From NCBI GenBank assembly GCA_951406725.2, contig OX597816.1, positions 79,794,001-79,858,000 of the forward strand: 64,000 bases of DNA. Reading direction: 5' to 3'. The position numbers and the translations under genes were made by a program. Shown piece by piece: positions 57,528 to 64,000 of the stretch (position 1 is the stretch's first letter; every line of letters begins with the position of its first letter). The notes under the pieces were generated by a model. It was not told the origin of the DNA, searched no databases, and saw only the letters and a list, made by a program, of their open reading frames with translations. This stretch comes from Octopus vulgaris. Its lineage: Eukaryota.

Positions 57528-58215
57528 TTATATGTATATATAAATAAATAAATATATATATATATATATATATACGTATAAATATGTATGTATGCGTATG
57601 TATATGTGTGTGTGTGTATGTGAGTGTATCCGCGTAGATATATATGGGTGTATATGCGTGCGCACCTGTATGAGTGTGCCTTTGTAGGTGTTTGTACCGC
57701 AGTCACAATACGCTAGTTTGACTATGTCCCTGTAAACTAGCGGTTCGGCAAAATAAACACATAGAATAAGTAACAGACCAAAAAAGTATATATTGGTTCA
57801 GTTTAATAATAATAATAATATGATCGAAAAATACCTTAGGAATGAGAACCCAAGTTCGACATTTGTCCAAGACACTGCTGGAAGGTATATCAGGCGAAAC
57901 GTTGTGTTAACAACAAACTGAGGACAAATATCCGTCAAATGTAAATAATGTAAATAATGTATATACTGGATGTTCGACTAAAATCTTCAAGGAAGTGCCA
58001 TACCATACTCGCAGTCCAATGACTGATGCAAGCAAAAGATATTATGTACACACACACACACACACGCACACACAGACGTACACACGCACACGTGTGTGAA
58101 AGTTAATATATCCAACTACACGCGACATAGGACCATAAAGGAAAAATTGAATTGCCTCTAATTGTGACTGTGGGGATTGAATAAAATCTACATTGCTAGA
58201 GATATATACACAATT

Positions 58216-58306
<91 letters not shown>

Positions 58307-58408
58307 TGTATGTATGTATGTATGTATGTATGTATGTATGTATGCATGTATGTATGAATGTATGTATGTATGTATGTATGTGTGTGTGTGTGTGTGCATA
58401 TATTTAAG

Positions 58409-58471
<63 letters not shown>

Positions 58472-58520
58472 GCATGTATATATGTGTATGTGTGTGCATA
58501 TATTTAAGTATGTATAAATA

Positions 58521-58580
<60 letters not shown>

Positions 58581-58582
<2 letters not shown>

Positions 58583-58690
58583 AATTAAGTACCAGTTACG
58601 CACTGGGGTCGATGTAATCGACTTAATCCCTTTGTCTGTCCTTGTTTGTCCCCTCTGTGCTTAGCCCCTTGTGGGTAGTAAAGAAAAAAA
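58581..58690 (+). mobile_element. 5'-truncated Meta-like SINE with an alternative tail
   Basis: TAAATTAAGTACCAG..GGGGTCGATGTAATCGAC core followed by TTGTCCCCTCTGTGCTTAGCCCCTTGTGGGTAGTAAAGAAA. A second copy is reversed at about 29414-29549. Confidence 0.8.
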
Positions 58691-58719
58691 AAGAAAAAAT
58701 ATCTCTGTCTCTGTCTCTC

Positions 58720-58759
<40 letters not shown>

Positions 58760-58770
58760 TTCTCTCTCTC

Positions 58771-58801
<31 letters not shown>

Positions 58802-59019
58802 ATAAATTGTAGCCATTAAAATAAATCTGTGGCTCAAGTGCATGAAATTTCGTTTCAGAGCACTTACCAAAATATTTTATGTATTGTCTACTATTTCACA
58901 AAGGATCTAGTCCGAAATTGGGCAATGACGCAGCGACTTCAATCTAAAATATTTATGTAAAATATACATAGATACTAACTCACCCTCCATCATTTCTTTC
59001 TCTCTCTATCTATCTCTCT

Positions 59020-59064
<45 letters not shown>

Positions 59065-59806
59065 AAGTTATATTCGGGTAAAAAGAAAGACCTTGTAGAA
59101 TGCTGTGTAAACCTCGTCCAGAACTATTGTCATCATTCAGGAGAAATGCATATCTTACTGGATTTCCTTCGGGAATTCCGTAGTGTCTGTAGAAACAGAA
59201 AATGGCAGTCGCGGGATTCTTTATTCAAAATCCCCAGAATTGTTTCGATTCATTCTTGCACCTGCAGCTCATATGTCACATTGCAGAAGTCGTGTGTATA
59301 AATAGATATACGACGCCTACCTTTTATGGTTACAATTCCAGGTACATTATCATGAAATAGTCTGCTTCATATATAGTTGTTAAGTAATTTCTATACTTAG
59401 ACCTATTTATCTGCAACTTAATGCAATGAAGTGCTCCCTGATGATCCGTTGTGGCTGAGCATCACAATGCACTTGGAACACATGTTACAGGGCTATACAT
59501 GTATCAGTTATAATGCTGAAAAGCACATAGGCACTGTAATATAAACATGTGTTTATCCTCACTTCTAATACAAACACACACACACACACACACACACACA
59601 GGAACTTAGTTCGATTTGAAAACCCCACTAGAATGGGAGAAAGCGCTAATACATGATCTAAGTTACATGATGTATAAAAACATGTAATATACAAATAAAT
59701 ATCTGTAAATATAAAACCATCCGAATTTCTGAGTACCTCATTTCTTCTAATATAAAATACCTGTACATCATCTCCAAACCTTCCAATACATATATACAAA
59801 AATACA

Positions 59807-60071
59807 CAGGGTGTCCAAAAAGTTTCTCCGCGGTAAGTATTTCATTGCAAAATAAATATTTATAAGATGGTTCGTGGTATTAAGTTAGACATAGCCTGGA
59901 CCAATCTTTGGTCACAACATATCTGAGTTTTACCTAAGTTTTTATATTAGACTTTACAAGACATTAGAAACTTTATAAGAGCTGTTGGAAGAGTCGTCGT
60001 TCATTTTCAATGGTTAAGTTGACTCTTCTAAAAAAAAATATTCACTGCGGAGAGACTTTTTGAACACCCTA
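59807..60071. mobile_element. Tc1-like MITE
   Basis: TIRs CAGGGTGTCCAAAAAGTTTCTCCGCGGTAAGTATTT / AAATATTCACTGCGGAGAGACTTTTTGAACACCCTA. Confidence 0.8.
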
Positions 60072-60232
60072 TATATGTGTATGTGTGTGTTCCAATTTTA
60101 GAATATGTACCACCGTAGCTAGTACAATGTGTGTGTGTGTTTGTGTGTGTATGCGTGTGTGTATAGATACATATGTAGGTGAATACATTGATACACATAT
60201 AAATATGTACATAAATACACAGACATAGACAA

Positions 60233-60263
<31 letters not shown>

Positions 60264-60440
60264 CACACCTGCGTTGAAATACACATAAATGCATGAATAA
60301 AAACGGATGTATATATTCAACTCAATCATATACCATCAATTCAGATACATCCTTACACACTATAACAAAATACAGATACATATATATTATACACACACAC
60401 ACACACTTATATACATACATATTCATGTATGTATACATAC

Positions 60441-60503
<63 letters not shown>

Positions 60504-60512
60504 TATTATATA

Positions 60513-60551
<39 letters not shown>

Positions 60552-60919
60552 GTATGTATATATGAATATACAAATGAAAATATACAGCTATTCATATATA
60601 CATATTGATACGTGTGTGTATGCTAGCATCCCCTTATATATATTGAAAAAATATATATATATATACATATATACATATACATATAAATATATATATACAT
60701 ATATACATATACATACATGCATATATATATATATACATATATATAAATACATATGCATGTATATATGTAACTATATATGTGTATATGATAACACATACAT
60801 TAAACAAGGAACGTTGGTTAGCGATACCCTTTCCCTCTTTGTTGCTTTCTTTCCTTTTGTCATCAGTACTAAACAATTAGAATATATAAAAAAAGAATTA
60901 GAACATACATGCATGCATA

Positions 60920-61339
60920 GGCGCAGGAGTGGCTGTGTGGTAAGTAGCTTGCTAACCAACCACATGGTTCCGGGTTCAGTCCCACTGCGTGGCATCTTGG
61001 GCAAGTGTCTTCTGCTATAGCCCCGGGCCGACCAATGCCTTGTGAGTGGATTTGGTAGACGGAAACTGAAAGAAGCCTGTCGTATATATGTATATATATA
61101 TATAAATGTGTGTGTATATGTTTGTGTGTCTGTGTTTGTCCCCCTAGCATTCCTAGCATTGCTTGACAACCGATGCTGGTGTGCTTACGTCCCCGTCACT
61201 TAGCGGTTCGGCAAAAGAGACCGATAGAATAAGTACTGGGCTTACAAAGAATAAGTCCCGGGGTCGATTTGCTCGACTAAAGGCGGTGCTCCAGCATGGC
61301 CGCAGTCAAATGACTGAAACAAGTAAAAGAGTAAAAGAG
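60920..61339 (+). mobile_element. Full-length tRNA-derived CORE-like SINE (octopus type) with internal microsatellite
   Basis: A box TGGCTGTGTGG, B-box-like GGTTCAGTCCC, CORE-like CTTGGGCAAGTG, internal (TA)/(TG) tract and tail GAAACAAGTAAAAGAG. Further copies or fragments lie at about 13506-13739, 15112-15519, 18235-18375, 36430-36642, 40690-40910, 44995-45160, 45253-45720, 48267-48550, 50990-51406 and 61992-62167. Confidence 0.9.
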
Positions 61340-61725
61340 AGATAGATTCATACATATATGCATTCATACATACATATATAAGTGTGTATGTGTGTGTGTA
61401 TGTGTGTGTGTGTGTAAAATGTAAGATAACAAAATATAATGTATATTCATGTATACACCGGATAAACTCGGTTTCGGCTCTATATCGCAGCTCGCATCAC
61501 TTTGGGCCACTGTTGTTTTGTTTAGGGATGGATGTAATCAAGTGTTGTCAATAAAATCTGAGAGTTGGAAAAAACGCAAAAATCCATGGGATCTATTATA
61601 CATGTACTTCAAAATTCCAGTCTTGTTTTAATTTCCTCTGATAATGATGTAAAAGCTACAGGTTTGAAACGAATCCATTGTGACCCATTTATCTATAATG
61701 TATGTATGTTTGTATGTATGTATGC

Positions 61726-61792
<67 letters not shown>

Positions 61793-62164
61793 TAATCCAA
61801 ACAAGAAAACAAAAAGACAACAACGCGAGGATGTGGAACAAATATATATATACTGAATACTCGAAATGAAGAGTAGATAGACAGCTGAAACTGATGAAGG
61901 GTCCTTTTCTCTGTCCTGTTTTCTCTTTTTTCTCGTTGTTTACGTATTTCATGTTGTTTGAACAATTGGTGATGTCCTGCACCCATATATGCAGTTTCAA
62001 TCTACCAAATCCACTCACAAGACTTTGACTGGCCCGAGGCTATAGTAGAAGACTAGTAGAAGACTTGGGCAAGTAGAGGACTTGCCCAAGGTGCCACGCA
62101 GTGAGACTGAACCCGGGACCATGTGGTTGGCAAGCATACTACTTACCAAACAGCCACTCCTACG

Positions 62165-62287
<123 letters not shown>

Positions 62288-62620
62288 TAGGATGGAGGAG
62301 ACCCCCTTCGGCCATGAATGACCATGGGATTGCAAATAGATTGTTACCCTCCGAGGCACAAGTCCGGGCAAGGTTGTTTGTGGAAGGCCAGCTGTCGCCC
62401 ATGTATACCAGCCTCCCCTCTCCACACCACTGATGTTATCCAGAGGGAAGGCAAAGGTCCATACAGGTTGGCACCAGTGATGTCACAACTCATTTCTACA
62501 GCTGAGTTAACCGGAGCAACGTGAAATAAAGTGTCTTGCTCAAGAACACAACACACAGCCCGATCCGGGAATCGAACTCACAACCTCACGATCGTAAGCT
62601 CGACGCTCTAACCAATGAGC
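62288..62620 (-). mobile_element. tRNA-derived SINE of a further family
   Basis: Minus strand GCTCATTGGTTAGAGCG..GAGTTCGATTCCC..GTGTTGTGTTCTTGAGCAAGACAC. A degenerate relative lies at about 42160-42400. Confidence 0.8.
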
Positions 62621-62713
62621 TTTCACACACACATACACATATATACTATATATTATTTACTATTTATTATATAAATAAATTTATATATTATATATATGTA
62701 TATATTATATATA

Positions 62714-62766
<53 letters not shown>

Positions 62767-62829
62767 ATAAATAGTAAATAATATATAGGATATATGTGTA
62801 TATATATGTGTGTATATGTGTGTATATAT

Positions 62830-62871
<42 letters not shown>

Positions 62872-63337
62872 TATATATATATATATATATGTGTGTGTGT
62901 ATATATATATATATATGTATTTATGTATATATATATATATATATCCTTCAATCGTATACACATATATATCGGTTGTCAAGCGATGGTGGAGGGGACAAAC
63001 AAAGACACACAACTTACACATCTAAATATATTTATATATACGACGGGCGTTGTAAGTGTTTATTGAGAGAAAACACCTAAATCTCCTCGAGGGTCCGGCA
63101 GGAGGGGGAACGAACTCTGCTGTATTCCGTCTATATATATATATATGTACATTTGTGTGTGTGGATGTGTGTATATATTTATGTATGTGTGTGTGTGTGT
63201 TTTTTGTGTATATACATATGTATATATACATTTATATATACTTACATGTATATATAAAAATCAGTATATCTATGTGTATTTTTAAATAAGAATATTTATC
63301 TACCCATCATATTCTCTTTCTCTTTCTTTCTCTCTCT

Positions 63338-63375
<38 letters not shown>

Positions 63376-63541
63376 CATGCATATACATATATATATATAT
63401 CTGTGTGTGTGTGTGTGTGTGTGTGTACTTAAACATAATATAAAGCAGACATACATACAGATATGCATGAATAGATACAGACACATATATATATGCAGAT
63501 AGATTTAGTTTCCATGTTTCTATAATTTGTATATTATCTGC

Positions 63542-63585
<44 letters not shown>

Positions 63586-64000
63586 TTCAGCCACGGCATT
63601 GGAAATTGTTTTCGTTTGTTGAATGCATTCATGTGACCTCCTAATATTGCAAAATTAGGCTAGTTAAGGTGAGCCTGGTAGCTGATGGTTTTGGGGTCTT
63701 GTTGTTTGTAACTTTTGGTGAGCCAAGGTGCAAACAAACAACATGGTAAAAATCCCTTTCATTAATTTGGTGTGGATGGATAATATCAAATAATTCGATC
63801 ACAACATATATTTAAATTAAACATAAAAAAATTGAAATATTATTATCACTTACATGGAAAAATTGAAATATTATCTTTCAGTATTTTATAAGTAAAAATC
63901 TTAAATCATTAATTGGCACATTATTAATTATCTTATAACAGCTATGCCTGAAAAAATCATGAATTACTTGGAAAAATACGAGCATGAAAAGTCATATTCT

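Overview
AT-rich eukaryotic non-coding DNA, most likely from an octopod cephalopod; this is inferred from the SINE families and the extreme (TA)n/(CA)n/(TACA)n/(GATA)n/(TAA)n density. No intact protein-coding gene is visible, and nearly all ORFs in the track are microsatellite read-throughs. The window contains tRNA-derived SINEs of several modular families and 5'-truncated R4/Dong-like restriction-like endonuclease (RLE) retrotransposons stacked in (TAA)n arrays. It also holds L1/Tx1-, CR1- and RTE-like 3' ends, decayed mariner and DD37D/maT transposases, MITEs, two non-autonomous Helitrons and long imperfect palindromes. The most notable signal is a young 484-bp tandem repeat (49253-50275). 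Each full unit carries an intact type I hammerhead ribozyme, and an inverted partial copy precedes the array, giving a retrozyme/Penelope-type architecture that predicts a 484-nt self-processed, possibly circular, RNA. Several other minimal or variant hammerheads occur in microsatellite-flanked remnants. One well-formed 30-nt candidate microexon on the minus strand suggests the window may be intronic.
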